The translations under genes were made by a program, and so were the position numbers. A stretch of DNA of 64,000 nucleotides, from the NCBI RefSeq assembly GCF_036321535.1, contig NC_087436.1:60700001-60764000 (forward strand), written 5' to 3'. This document shows, in pieces, positions 36,440 to 50,232 of this stretch (position 1 is the stretch's first letter; the number at the start of each line of letters is the position of its first letter). The notes under the pieces are model-generated. The model saw nothing but the letters and a program-made list of their open reading frames with translations. It was not told the DNA's origin and ran no database searches. The stretch is from Camelus dromedarius. Lineage: Eukaryota.

Positions 36440-37935
36440 TAAAGACAAGGAATTGTACATAAACACTGTTCTTGAATGAGGAAGTCTTCCCATGTGTACA
36501 TGTTAATAATTCTGAAATCATAATTCATGTGTTAACCTGAAACAAATAAACTGCCAGATGTTTCTCCAGCAAAGATGGGCTTATTCAGAATCAGCAGAGA
36601 ATTGCAATTTGGGGTCTGCAACCATGACGAGCTATGTGCAAGTCCCTGAATGGCAAGAGAAGGAGAACACTTACAGAGAAGAAAAGGAAGTTGGGAGGAC
36701 TACAGTAATCTAGTGTCCATGGCTTTTCATTGACTCAGTCCTTGCCATGAAAGAAGAGGAGTCTCTTCTTCCAGCTGCCCTCTGCTATGGCTACAGGGCA
36801 TGAGAACTCCCCTTTCTGGTCTACCAGCTCTATTTCACTGGGGTTTCTGTTTATTAATTCTTTTTACAAATGTAGAATAGAATTGAACAATTAAGTAAAT
36901 GAATGTTAATGGTAGGAGCCAGTTTTCTCATCGTTGGAGTGGGAGGTTACAGATGTGCAATGGAAGAGGGCTAGATTGATTCATATGGTAATGAATTAGA
37001 GTTCCAGCTCTGTCAGCTGAGAGGACCTGAAAGAAATGATACCCTAAGATCAATGAGACTACCCAGTGCCCAGATCTTGCCTTCTCATACCATTCCTCTA
37101 TAAAGAAAACCAGGGTCCCTTGGAGAAATGGCTCATTTTAGGACTGGGGCAAGAAATACAAAAGATAAACTTTTGAGCAATGAACAAGTAAAACTGTGTT
37201 GGATTATAACCCAAAGTATAAAATAAATAGCCATGAATTCATTCTGGTATAAATGAATGATTGAATAAATACATAAATGGGGAGAATAGATAAATCACCC
37301 ATGCAGAATTCTTGCAAATAATTTGTGTAGATACCTCACCAGATATTACACTCTCTAGAAGGGAGAGGATAACTCTCCACTCCTTACGTGTGTGCTGCCC
37401 ATGGTGACTTCCTTCCAGAGATTACAATATGAAAAGAGGGGGAAAAGAGAAACTTTACAGTGGACAGACCTAACAAAGACTACCTTACCCAGGTGATCAA
37501 GGTTAACAACAATCGTGACAAGTTATGAGGATATAAGATACCCTTGGTAAGGCAGGATGAGAATTACACTGACCTCTGTTTTCTTCCTCTCAAAAAAGCC
37601 TCAATCCCTGTCTAATAGTAGGACAAACAAATTCTAATTGAGGTACCTTCTACCTAATATCAGACCAGTTCTTCTGACAACTGTCAAGGTCATCAAAAAC
37701 AAGGCAAACCACAAAAATTGTCACAGCCAAGAGGAGCCTAAAGAGACACGATGATGAAAGGTAATGTGAATAGACAAATGGGCATTAGGTAAAAACTAAA
37801 GAAATCTAAATAAAGTATGGACTTTAATTAAGATGTAGACAATAGAGGAAATTGAGTATGGGGTATATGGGAACTCTGAACAATCTTTGAAATGTGTAAA
37901 TGTACACAATTCTGAAATAGAGTTTATTTTTTTAA
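36440..37935 (+). mobile_element. L1MD-like 3' end, interrupted by an ERV1 LTR
   Basis: ggagccagttttctca, ccagggtcccttggagaaatggct, ggtgacttccttcca, ccaggtgatcaaggttaac, ggtatatgggaactctg. Confidence 0.8.
36530..36868 (-). mobile_element. ERV1-type solo LTR nested in L1MD
   Basis: TGTTAACC...TTTTACA termini; near-match 4-bp flanks catg/aatg; L1MD sequence continues on both sides. Confidence 0.65.
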
Positions 37936-40900
37936 ACCATCAGTTAGATCACTTCTCTCAAATTAGAAATATGTCTACCATAGATAGTTAAGTTAAAAAA
38001 AAACCTGATTTTAAAAGACATTATAGTAAATAGTAATGACAATAATAATTAGAATTCTCTGTCAAAATTCAATAGAGACATTTATGAAAGATAAGGAATT
38101 CCTAGAAATACACTAACCAGAGGTTTTCAGTTCTGCCACTGCCTTGCCACATAAACACAAACGACTGCCAAGCTGGGTAACATTTTACTCTAGAATAATA
38201 TACTTAATTCATTTATGCATCAATTTTTAAAGTGATTTTGTGTATTTCATTATATGCACTAATGACAAGATTTAGGACATTTTTAAAATTTACAGTCTAG
38301 AGCCATACATAATGTTGCAGTATAATAATTCATTTTTTATCATTATAAATGGAGAAAATAAAACCCATATGGTTTGAATTGGTGCCCCCCCCTTGGTAAC
38401 ATGAGTTATATCTGCCTTATTAACATACATCTGTACACACATCTATGTACCTCTTGTAAATATCCATAATTTGAATTTTAGCTGCATAGTGTTAAGTGCA
38501 CAATGAGTAAGGGATCACTAATTCCATCAGGAAATGTCAGTGTCCCTCAAAATGTTAAATTTTTGCCAGATGGAGGTAAACTTTCCCATAAGACAAAGCT
38601 CTAAGCCATTTATAAACCTAAGTGGCCACTTAAATCTTTTCGTGAATGGTGTGGGTAGACAAATGAATAAATTATATGTAAAATTTTTCCATACTCAGAG
38701 TCCCTGAGCACTGGAATAACTTGAAGACTTATAAAAACTCATCTTAGTCACACTTACTTTTAGCATTTCTAAAGTCTCAGGAAAATGTAGTTGGGTGAAA
38801 ACATACATGTGTTATTTGATGATGCTTCTATATATAGTATATCACCAAATAGCAAAAGAAAATATAAAGAGAAGTATAAAATGATATAACAGAGATTAAT
38901 TTTAGTTTTATGGTTGGAAAGAATCTAAGCAAAGACTCCACAGAACAAAAGAAAGAAATGCTATAAGACATGTATCTAGTGTATCAAATAGAATGGGATT
39001 TACTCAACTGCAGTAACAACTTAGAAATGATATAAAGATAAATGTGCAATTATCAATTACATACACTAGAAGACAATTTTAAAAATGGGCTTACTTATAC
39101 TTATGAGAGACTTTTCACATAGTGTTAAGATATGATTAATCAGCCTGCATACTTGGAAAGGGGAAGAAACTAACCTTTCCTTGATTGTGTCAAAGATCAC
39201 AATTATGAATAAAACAGAGGGTCTGTATCTTGGGGAAAAATCAGCACAGCTCTCTCAGGCTTTTTCCGTACACATCCAGCAGGTTTAAGAATTGTTCAAG
39301 TACTCAATAATTCAACCAAGTAGCTTATCTTGCACCCAAGCTATTGTTTGAATTTGAACTTTTTTATTTTCTTTATTTGTATTACTCTAAACTGGTTATA
39401 TGTAAATTCATGAAAGCTAAAGATCTCAATTATGTCAAAATCATTTGGCATTATGCAAAGCAATTCCTAGAGTGTTAACTGATGCCTTTCAGAGACCTTC
39501 ATTCTCCAAGCACTGCCCTGTGTGTTCTTGAGCCAGTGCCAGCCAGAAGAGGCCATGCTTTTACCAGAAAGTTTACTTCTGCTGGCTGGTGGGATCTTGG
39601 TTAATTCTGGCTGCCTTTAACCCAGTTTAAGCTACCCAGGCTTAGTGGCGGTGCCACATTTCCACTAAACCTCAGGCTTTCTGTTAAACCCAGTAGGCTC
39701 TCTTTATGCCCATGACTGTACTTCTGTTGTGACTTTCTGATCTATACCTGGTCTCCACCTCTGGGATTAGACTCTTATTCTTGTCATAGAAATAAATTAG
39801 AAAACTTCATAAAGTACATAAGAGCTGCTTCCTCAGACTTGTGCCACACATGATAAGCTGTAAGGACTTGGTTATGTGGTACATTGGAACTCTTTCTATG
39901 ACCAATAGAGAAGAAAACTAGGGTACTGATTTCATTTTTCTCCAAAAATGCAGTCAACCATCCAAGTCTTAAATGGTATGGTTAGGTCAGGTTTGGAATC
40001 TATCAGTGTCAGTATCCAAAAGCCCAACTCCAACAGAATTGAAGCCCCATTCCATTTGATATACCATCTACATGTTTTACAGGATTTCTTACTTTCGTTC
40101 TGCATTGTCTTTGCTTAGCTTCTTGCCAAGTTGGAAGCTGGGTATGGTCTGATTTAAAAGAGAAGAGAAAAGCAAAAGAAGGAATGCTTTTTGAGTCATG
40201 GCATTGTAGCTCCATGTAGTCCATCTAATTTGGAGCAAAATCCTAGCCAGAGGAAGAGATGTTGACCTACTTTGTTATTTACTTCGGGTGTTGTGAAGTG
40301 TTCCTTTGATCTCAAAACCATTCTGAGGCTGGACTGCATGGCTCATGACTTTAGAAGTGTTGTAATTATTTATTTGACATTAAAATTTCATTCTCCAAAA
40401 ACAATTATTCTTATTTGATTCTTCAGCAGTGCTATCTTAGTTCACATAACAGTATATGATAAAATCCTTGCTGTACAACAAAAGTTTGTGTTCTTTCCAT
40501 AATACAGAGTTGTTGCCAGGATGCTGCTGCTCAAACAAGGGCTACAATCTCCAATCAATCTTGTATCCAGATATGCCCATGTGCCTTATTCTTATCAAGG
40601 ATAACTTCGTCCTACACCCAAGACCTGCCTTACAATTCATCATATGCAGCAGCCTCTGGGAACCAGGCTAGTTTCTGAACAGAACAGTGGAAAAGTGTTT
40701 AAGCTGAGCTCTCACCAATATATCAAGTCCCAGCTCTCCAAAGTAAATAGGCCACAATTTTTTTTTTAAATCTCTTCTAGACAATCATATAAGATATTCT
40801 CCCACATTTGATTCCCAACTCAATACATGAAATCATTTTCATAGCTTGAGACTCCTGTTTCCAAATTCATACTAAATACCAACTTCTGGTTCTAAGTCTA

Positions 40901-41279
40901 GTTACTCTCTGGTTACTCCTACTCTCTCCTTTGGTACCCCAGATGGTATTCTCTATTGAGGACTCTGAGATCTTTCTCTGTTCAGCATACCCTGTTCTAT
41001 AAAATAATCAAACCAATCTCTACATCTTCTTCTAAGATTATAGTAAAATCTAGAGGAGCAGAGAATTCAAAATTCAAGAAAACAACATTGCAGAATATAC
41101 TGGTATTATTCTCAGAAAAAAAGATCACCATAATTTTAACAGATTAAACAATTGGAATCCAGATGTTTGAGGAAATTAGAAATTAACATTGGAAAGCCTC
41201 TACCTTGTTCATTTTGGTGAAACAAAGAGAAGAAGTGGTGTTAACAGATCTCAAAAGTTAGAGTCAAATGACAGTAGCT

Positions 41280-41540
41280 GGACAAATGTCAGGCCTATTC
41301 AGATGGAGCTGAAAATGATAAGGAGATACAGTCACTGTCAGAGAAGCACTTCAAGGCAGAGAAGGACAAAAAAGAAAAATAGCCTGGTTGATTCCTCTTT
41401 GCCTGCCCACCAGTCACCCATCAGTACCTCCCATTAGTCAAACCCAGATGGAAGGCAACCCACTCAGGAGCTCATGAAATGGAGCCCAGAGGGCAGCCCC
41501 CAGAAATATGAAGCAGAGTACAGACATGATGGGCAATAAA
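41280..41540 (-). mobile_element. Old LTR fragment (LTR33/MLT1K-like)
   Basis: cagtacctcccattagtcaaaccc...ggcagcccccag. Confidence 0.45.
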
Positions 41541-42499
41541 GCTGAGTGCAGAAGGGCTCCAGTAAACACAGCTGAAGATACTCCAGTTTGTGGATGCCTC
41601 TCATTTCATGATGGTTGAAGATACTGGGTCTCTTCTTGGGTCACATCTCTTATTAGCAGCCATTGACCACTTTCTTACTCAATGCTTCTGTTTTCTGGGT
41701 TTCTCCAGAGGCTTAATTGCGGCCACCTCTTTCCTGAATATTAAAATCCCCAGACAAATTTTCCATCTATGATATGGGTCAGCTAGAGAATGGCTTTGCT
41801 GGGTTATCCACCCTAACCCCTCACAACCTAGAGACACTATAATCTGTTTTCTTTATAAGAGGCCATTACATGTCCCGTGTCTCTTTTTCCTTTGACTAGC
41901 ATAGGAGTCACCTAGAGTTTCCCTTGAAGTCTTTTTTAGTAACCTAGAGTCATTTTACTCCACACCAGATTGTAGCTCTCTTCAAACCAACAAAATAACC
42001 AAATCAGTCTATTTATATAGACTGAAGGACTGGCTGCCTGTATTGGAAAGATATCAAAACTTATTTTTAGGTTGAATATCATAAATTACTGGATAAACAG
42101 ATATACAGAAAGAGTAATTGAGAAATAGCCTTCAAAATGTCTACAAATTTTAGACTAAAAATTTCATGAGGGGAAAAATGATTGTATTTTGTTTTAAAAG
42201 TAAAGAATGGTGAAAAATAGTACTTATGTAGCACTTATGAAAGCATTCTTGAAATTTCAGAGAAACTTCTATACCTCATCCAAGACTCGCTATATGACAT
42301 TTAAACCATTTCTATTCTCCTAAAAAGTTACAATTACTTAAATAAAAGAGGATTTTTATCATATAGACAAAACAATAATAATCTGACTGAATTTAATTTA
42401 AAATGATGTTTCAATAATCCCATCAATTTTAACAGTTGAGGATACAACTTTCTATAGGAAGAACCTAGTTGGTAGGGCCCTTGGGATGACAGAAAAAGA

Positions 42500-44830
42500 A
42501 ACCATTGCTCTTAGGAGAACTCTCTCTCAATGACAGTCTTAAAGAATCCACAATAGAGTTGCAACAAATAAGATGTCACAATTTAAAAAAAGAAAGTCAC
42601 AGAACGCATCAGGAAATAAGCCACCATGTGTAAAAGTCAGCAGAAAATAATAAACAACAAACCTAAAACCATAAAGACATCCAATATTGTGATGTTTGGA
42701 TACTGAATACAAGTAAGAGTATTTACTATGGGAGAAGAAACAAACATGAAAATTGAAACCATTGGAAGGAAACAAAATTAGATACAGAATCTATATTCCA
42801 TCTTAATCTAGAAGTCTTGACATTTGCAGAGAACTTAGAAGTAACTCTCTCTATACTGCAGAAAACTCAAATGGCTGAGGACAAAGGATACCAGAAAATA
42901 AAGTGACAGAGAAACAGAGATGAAAAATAATGAGAGATTACAAGACATAGGGATTTGTGGTAAAATGTCCAATCAACCTCTATTTGAAGTATTAGAAGAA
43001 TACTCCATTGGAAAAATGTAAAAAGAAGTAATATTGGGAAAAGTAATGCTGAAAAATTTCCAGCATTGTTATAAAACAAAAATCAACATATTGAGAAAGC
43101 AAAAAATCCCAAGTAAAATAAATAAAAAAGAAATACATCTAGACATTATACTGAAACCATACAGAACACCAAAAATAAAGATAAGATCTTAAAGCCATTC
43201 TGAGAAAAAAGTTACATTAGCTCCAGGGAAATAGCATTTAGACTAAACCTGATTAGACAACGACAGCAAAAACTGGACAATAAATCCATATACAAGTTAT
43301 TATAATATCAAAACTCTCTTTTAACTGGAGAGTGCAGTTAAAAGACTGGATAAAAATGACAGAAATCAATAAATAAATCCAGCTATGTGTTATTTATGAG
43401 AAACACCTACATCATAAGAACACAGCGAATTTGAAATTAAAACTACAACCAAAAGAAGTTAATTTATCTGTATTACTGTGTTAGTCAGGGTTCTCCATAG
43501 AAACAGAACCAATAAGCTATACAGATGAGAGAGAGAGAGATTTATTATAGGAATTGACTCATGTGATCATGCAAGCCAAGAAATCCCACAATCTGGCGTC
43601 TGCAATCTGGAGAACCAGGAAAACCAGCGAGGTAATTCAGTCTAAATCCAAAGGCCTGAGAACAAGAAGAGACTATGGTATAAATCTCAGTCTACGGTCA
43701 AAAGTTCCAGAACCAGGGGCTCTGAGGAACAGAACATGGATGTCCCAGCTCAAGAAGAGAGAGCAAGAACTTTCCTTTCTTTTTTTATTTTTTTCCATTT
43801 GGGTTTCCAACAGATTGGATTGTGTCTGCCCACATTGGTGAGAGTAGATCTTTTTACGTAGTCTACTGAATTCAATGCTAATGACAGACACAGCCAGAAA
43901 TAATATTTTATGAGCTATCTGGGCATTCCTTAGCCCAGTCAAGTTGACACATAAAACTAATCATTACAATTACTATTTAAAAACTGACAAAACTATAATA
44001 TAAAAGAAAATAGACTTTAAAATTGAAAGCAATGCCAGAGATTGAGAGTCATTATAATAGAAGTTTCAGTTCACCAGGCAAAAACAACAATTTAAAATCA
44101 TGCTGCATCTAATAACCTAGCTTCAAAAATTGAAAATCAACTAATCCACTTCATATTGGTACATTTTAGCATCCCTAACTTTTTATATAAGCACACACAA
44201 CTACAGAATCCCACAGTATCTTCAAACTCATTTTTGGAACATTTACAGAAACCAGGTAAATATGAGAACAACAACATCCCCCACCAAAAAAGGCTTAAAA
44301 TTTTTCAAATAATGTATCTAATATTAAACATGTTTGATTTTCTATAATCTATCCTATAATGTGTATAATACAATTCATGTGAGGTAGTGGTGGAAGTACA
44401 ACCTTGTACAAGTATTTTGAAAGTAATTAGGCATTATCCACTAAATTTGAAAATAAACATGCCTCATAACCCAACAGTTCCCCTCCTACGTATACTTTTA
44501 CACATATGTACCAGAAGACTTGTATACGAATTTATTGTAGTAACAGAATTCTTAATAACCTTTGGGTTTTTTGTAGGTTTCTTGTTAATTGGCTAAATAA
44601 TAGATAAATAGATTAAAATGCAGTTATGCAATGGGATACTATAGAGCAGTGAAATGAATAACTCATAATTAGAGCAATCCATATGCACAAATCTCAGAAA
44701 CATAATATTGAGTGAATAAAGCAATATAGAAAAAATACATGCAATATGAAAAAGTTCATAAAAAAGCAAAATAAAGCATTATATTATTTTAGGAGATATA
44801 TATGTAGCAAAACTAGAAAGAAAAGAAAAA
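42500..44830 (+). mobile_element. Highly degraded L1ME-like element (ORF1, ORF2 and 3' remnants), interrupted by MLT2
   Basis: aatgctgaaaaatttccag, atagactttaaa, cagttcaccagg, ataacccaacagttcccctccta, aatctcagaaacataatattgagtgaa. Confidence 0.65.
43477..43968 (-). mobile_element. Full-length solo ERVL LTR (MLT2B-like) with 5-bp TSD ATTAC
   Basis: tgtgttagtcagggttctcc...cccagtcaagttgacacataaaactaatcattaca; ATTAC at 43472-43476 and 43969-43973. Confidence 0.92.
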
Positions 44831-44834
44831 TAAT

Positions 44835-44930
44835 ATAACTGAATCACTGTGCTGTACACCAGAAACTAACACAACACTGTAAATCAACTATACTTCTGTT
44901 TAAAAATTTTTAATTTAATTTAAAAAATAG
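44835..44930 (+). mobile_element. ~95-bp extreme 3' end of an artiodactyl-type L1
   Basis: ataactgaatcactgtgctgtacaccagaaactaacacaacactgtaaatcaactatact followed by an A-rich tail. Confidence 0.8.
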
Positions 44931-45034
44931 AAACAATAAATGTAAATTTCAGGTAAGAAGTTTTTTTCTGGAGCTGCAGGTTCACAGAGTTTGTGATATA
45001 GACTTTTATATATAAAATATTTTACAGTTTTGAA

Positions 45035-45875
45035 AGAATGAAATATTTGCAAATAGCCAATAAGCACATGAAAAAGATGTCAGGTGTCATTAAAGAAATG
45101 CAAACCAACACCACAATGGGATACCACCTCACACCTATTTGGATGGTTATTAAAATAATAAAGAAAGCAAGAGAGAAAGAGAAAGAAAAGAAACAAAAAA
45201 AGGGAAAAAACAAGTGTTGGTGAGAATGTGGAGAAATTGAAAGCTGCATGAATTGTTGGTGAGGATATAAAATACGGAAAATAGTTTAGCAGTTCCTCAA
45301 AGAGTTAAACACAGAATTACCACAAAGCAATTTCTCTCTTAATTATATACCCAAAATAATTGAAAGCAGGGATTCAAACAGATACCTGTATACCAATGTT
45401 CACAGCAGCATTATTTACAATTGCCAAAAGGTGGGAACGACCCAAGTATCCATCAACAGACAAATGAGTAAACAAAATGTGGTGTATACATACAATGGAA
45501 TATTATTCAGTCATGACAAGGAGTGAAATTCTGATACATGCTGTAACATAGATGAACCCTGAAAACATGCTAAGTGAAATAAGACAAAGAAAAACAAATA
45601 TCACATGATTCCACTTTAATGATACACCTAGAATAGGAAAATTCACAGAGACAAAGTAGACTAGAGGGACTGAGGGAAAGAAGAAATGAGGAGATACTAT
45701 TTAATGGATACAGGGTTTCTGTTTGGGATAATGAAAAAGTGCTGGAAAGGGATAGTAGTAATGGTTTCACAATACTGTGAATGTACTTAATGCCACTGAG
45801 TTGTACATTTGGAATTGGTTAAAATGAAAAATTTTATGTTATATATACTTAAATACTATAAAAAATTGAAAAAAG
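45035..45875 (+). mobile_element. L1MB-like 3' end
   Basis: aataagcacatgaaaagatg...aaatgcaaaccaacaccacaatg...tacaatggaatattattcag...tgaatgtacttaatgccactga. Confidence 0.9.
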
Positions 45876-46654
45876 GGCAAACATGAAAAAGATTCTTTAA
45901 AAAAATGGTGCAGATCCAGAAATACTGACAAGGAATAATTTCTTAGACATGTGAGTAAGTTAAAAATGCAAGAGGTAGAATGGTGTGTATAGACTACTCT
46001 ACCACTTTTAAAGAACAAACACAGGGCTTTCTATACACATCTGTACACACCCACAGATGCATATGGAAAGATTTTCTGGACAGATACCCAATAAACCGAT
46101 AACTGTTTCGATGAAGTAAAGGATAGGGTGGAAGGGTAATTAAAAACAGATTTGGAATTTACTTACCACTAACCAACTTTTCTTATGAACTGTCACATAT
46201 AAAAAAAGATAGATTTGAAATTAGAGACTTTTGTCAATAGAATGGTGGGTATTTTAGAAAAATTGAATGGTGAGAAAAGAGTATGATTAATTGGATGGGG
46301 AAAGATCAGAGTTATTGATGCCAGTTCAATGATTGTTTAATATTGAAAATATGTGACATTTGGCATCTGAACAAAAGCGTTGGCACTGGAAAGGAAATTT
46401 AGAAATATCTTACAGATAAGTAAATATTGATTTCTTTATTTAATGGAATAAATACAGATAAATATATAAATAATATATATAATATATAAATATCTATAAA
46501 TAACAAATATAAATATTGATTTATTTGATATAAGGGATAAAGAAGAAATAAAACTACAAAGAGAACTCTGAATTTGGGGGTCTAGTTGACTAAGAAACTA
46601 ACTGCCAATCCCTTAATTATGAGTAAATAATAAAGAAAATTCTCTACACCTGTA

Positions 46655-47050
46655 GATTGATTCCTCAAACATTATTGAGCACCTATGTGGTGTTGCCAGG
46701 CACTGAGCTAGCCCTGGGGATACACTGATGACCAAACACAACCCCTACTATCAAAACACAGTTTCTGGGGGAAGACAAACGTGAACAGAAAATTACAGTA
46801 TGAGATAAATGTCATGGTATCTCAACAGTCAGTGTAGAGAGGACACAGAATAAAGGAACTCAATTTGCCAGGGGGGATGGTTAAGAGGTTTCAGAGAGGA
46901 GGTAGACTCTGCACACTGCCCTGAGGGGTGAGCTAGAACCTCAGTAGGCAAGGACAGGAAAATCAAGGAGAAGAGATGAGTTTGGCAGTTTTCAGCAGTG
47001 ATGCAAACCTCAGGATGTCCAGAGCAGGGTGCTTGTGTAGCCAAGTGTAT
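46655..47050 (-). mobile_element. L2 3' end
   Basis: attattgagcacctatgtg...gccaggcactgagctag. Confidence 0.7.
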
Positions 47051-47854
47051 CAGAGGGTAGGAGAACGTTAAGTACCCCAGACCGTTAAGTCAATATATCT
47101 AAAATGACAATTCATGATTTAGCCATAAAAACCTACTGCTTCTGCTGAATGAATAATTTGGTTTTAGGCATAACAGTCTAAGCATATCCACTGGTGATTT
47201 ATGCTTTTGATTATTTTGTTTTCTTGCTAATGCCAGGTCCCTCTCTTAAGTAATTTTTTTTTCTTCCTTGAGGCCTTAAACTCCTACTTGTTAAGGTGGG
47301 GTGATGGGGGAGGTAAATTATATGTGAGAATAATAATCATTCTGTCTTTATGCTTCTAAGCAGGCTGAAGAAGAGGGAGATTTGGGGGGAGAGTATAAAT
47401 ACATTTTAAAAAAAAAAAAAACTCTCTGAATACATAGCCCCATTCATTCCTCAGTGCTTATTAAGAGCCATTGGTGTGTTCACCCAGGCACAGAAAACCC
47501 AGTGGTGAGCACCCTGGAGTTCTGTCTCCTGCCTCATTGTTAGGGCTGCAAAATCACTTTACTCAAATAATGACATGAGTACTTAGGTGAGGCATCAATC
47601 AATAATTGAGAGAATTAACATAGAGACACAGGAAAACATTCTCAGTGGATGATTGCTGTGTGCAGCAATATCATTTTATCATTTCTGATAGGAGAATGTT
47701 AATTTCCACAGTTCTCAGGCTGCCTTCCTCCCTCTCACCCTCTTTTCCTTCTCTGTGGTACAGACAGCCTATACTAACACTGACACAAGATAGAAATCAG
47801 CGAAAGTATTTCAGATAAAGACCTAATTGATACAAGTAATGCACTGTGGGTAAT

Positions 47855-48110
47855 AATAAAATTCATACTAACAGTAGATGATATTTGAGAACTTACATTG
47901 TTCTAAGTGTTTACTATGTTTTGTTTTGTTTAGTCTAATATTCACTACAAACCTTTGAAGTAGGTATCATTATTATATCTATTTTTAGAGTTGAGAAAAC
48001 TGAGTCGCAAAGAGGTTGGATAAATTGCCCAAGGTTACACAGCTAATAAGGAGCAGAGCTAGAATGTGGACTAAGACAGTCTGGCTCCAGGGCCTAAAAT
48101 GTTAATAAAC
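47855..48110 (-). mobile_element. MIR, near full length
   Basis: gtaggtatcattattatatctatttttagagttgagaaaactgag...ttgcccaaggttacacagcta...cagtctggctccag. Confidence 0.85.
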
Positions 48111-49497
48111 TGACACTATGACACTCTTGGCTAACATCTGTTATTCTGAGCCATCAAGGGAAACATGGGTACGACCTTAAGAACATTATAACAGAGCATT
48201 TTAATTGGTAAACACATTTATAACGATAGGATCACACAGGATCTAGTACAATGGTCAACATATATATCTCCCAACTTGGCCATGGAGATACTAACTTTCT
48301 TTCACAAATTTATAAATCAATTGCCCTATACATATGTAACCCCTGAAGTCAAGACTTTCCGTTATGAGGATCTCAGATATGTTACATTTTTGTGATTAGT
48401 CAGAACTGAAATATATTAAGTATCTTTTAGAAAGAAATAGGAAATGAAATTTGAAATAGACATTTCAAATGCTTTTTTTATAAAACCTACTGTAAATTAT
48501 ATTATTTCTTAGCAAATGATAATACCATAAAACTATAAAAACTCAAACTTGAAGAATCTTAGATTTCTTTACCTTTATCCTTTCTGCCTTTACTGTCCAT
48601 TATTTTTTGGTTAATGACCAAAAGGCAGAGGTAATATCCCTTAGGATTTTAAATTTGTGAAAATCTTGGAAATAACTGCATACATTCATGAATGGTATTT
48701 TTTTTTTTCACTTTTCTTCTCAGTATTTTCTCTTTTCAAAAAAGCCTTTATGCCTTTATGTTAGCTTGTTAGAGACCAAGGTCGTTCAGTGTTTCAAAAG
48801 TGCCTCGTGTCATGACGACATTTTGTAAATGGCACATTTGCACCAGTGCCTGAGTTTAGCAAAATACCTTTTAGTACAGCTCATGATTCTCAACAGTGCA
48901 GACTGGGAAAGGGATGCTGTCACCAACAGGTATTCATTATATTTCAAGAAGGCGACACAAAGTCAAAGGAAGGAGACCAATTTCTTGACACCTTACACAA
49001 AGGAGAATGTCCTTGGGGATGGATGGCTCAGATTGTAACATGTATGCTATAATTAAAATTGTAACCATGGGTTCATGATTTTCTACAGATACCACAAGCT
49101 TCATTAATTGACAAGGTAGAACTTCAAATTAGCAAAGTACTATAATCAAAATGAGGAGGGTTATAATTAAATGTGTTTGCTAGGGGGGATCACCAAGTGA
49201 GACAGAACCAGATTCTGTCTGTGGCTTTTGTCCTTCAGATGGTTAAAAATAAAACTGTGATGTAATAATTTAAACTAAAATATTGACTTTAGTGATTTAT
49301 TAGAATTCTAAAGGCATAAGGTGGGATGAACATAGCTAAGTGTGTAACATGCTGAGTTTAAACCTCTTTAAAAGGAGAAGAGAATTTTGTTATATTGTAT
49401 CATTTATGTATATGTATATTACATATAAACATACAATGTTTTTATGTATTCTATACATTTACAAAAACATATACTATGTAATATTAAATATATTTTT

Positions 49498-50112
49498 GGG
49501 GTCATGTGGTAACTCTATTTTTAATTTTTTCAGGTATCGCCACATGACCCAGCAAATCCATTTCCAGGTTTATATCCAAAAGGATTGAAAGCAGGCTCTG
49601 GAAGACTCATTTGTACACTCATACTCATACCATTATTCACAACAGCTAAAATAAAGCAATGCAAGTTCCTATTGATGGGTGAATGGATAAGCAAAATGTG
49701 GTCTATACATACAATGGAATATTCTTCAGTCTCAGAAAGGAAGGAAGTTCTGATACATGCTGCAACATTGATTAGCCTTGAGGACGTTACTCTGAGTGAA
49801 ATAAGCCAGTCACAAAAGGACAAATACTGTATGATTCCACTCATATGAGTTACTTAGAGTAGTCAAGATCATAAAGACAGAAAAATACAATGGTGGTTGC
49901 CAACATCTAGAGGCAGAGGGGAATGGGGAGTCATTGTTTAATGGTTACAGAGTTTAAGTTTTGCAAGATGAAAAGGGTTATAGGGATGAATGGTGATGAT
50001 GGTTGAACAACATTATGAACGCATTTAATACTCCTGAACTATGCACTTAAAGATGGCTAAGATAGTAAATTTTATGCAATGTGTATTTTACCACAGTAAC
50101 AAAGAAAGAAAA
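49498..50112 (+). mobile_element. L1MB-like 3' end with short 5' inversion
   Basis: 49498-49543 is antisense L1 and 49540 onward is sense L1 (ORF 49585-49848 resembles the ORF2 C-terminus, HTMEYSS). Confidence 0.88.
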
Positions 50113-50135
50113 AATATATACATTTTGTGTTTTAA

Positions 50136-50196
50136 TATATCTATCTATATATATATGTGCTATGAGGATATGTGTGTATGTGTGTGTGTGTATATA

Positions 50197-50232
<36 letters not shown>
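50136..50232. repeat. Compound (TA)n/(TG)n microsatellite
   Basis: Read directly. Confidence 0.9.

Noticed and set aside
46440..46530. AT-rich repetitive stretch
   Set aside because: Simple low-complexity decay with no repeat-spacer structure.
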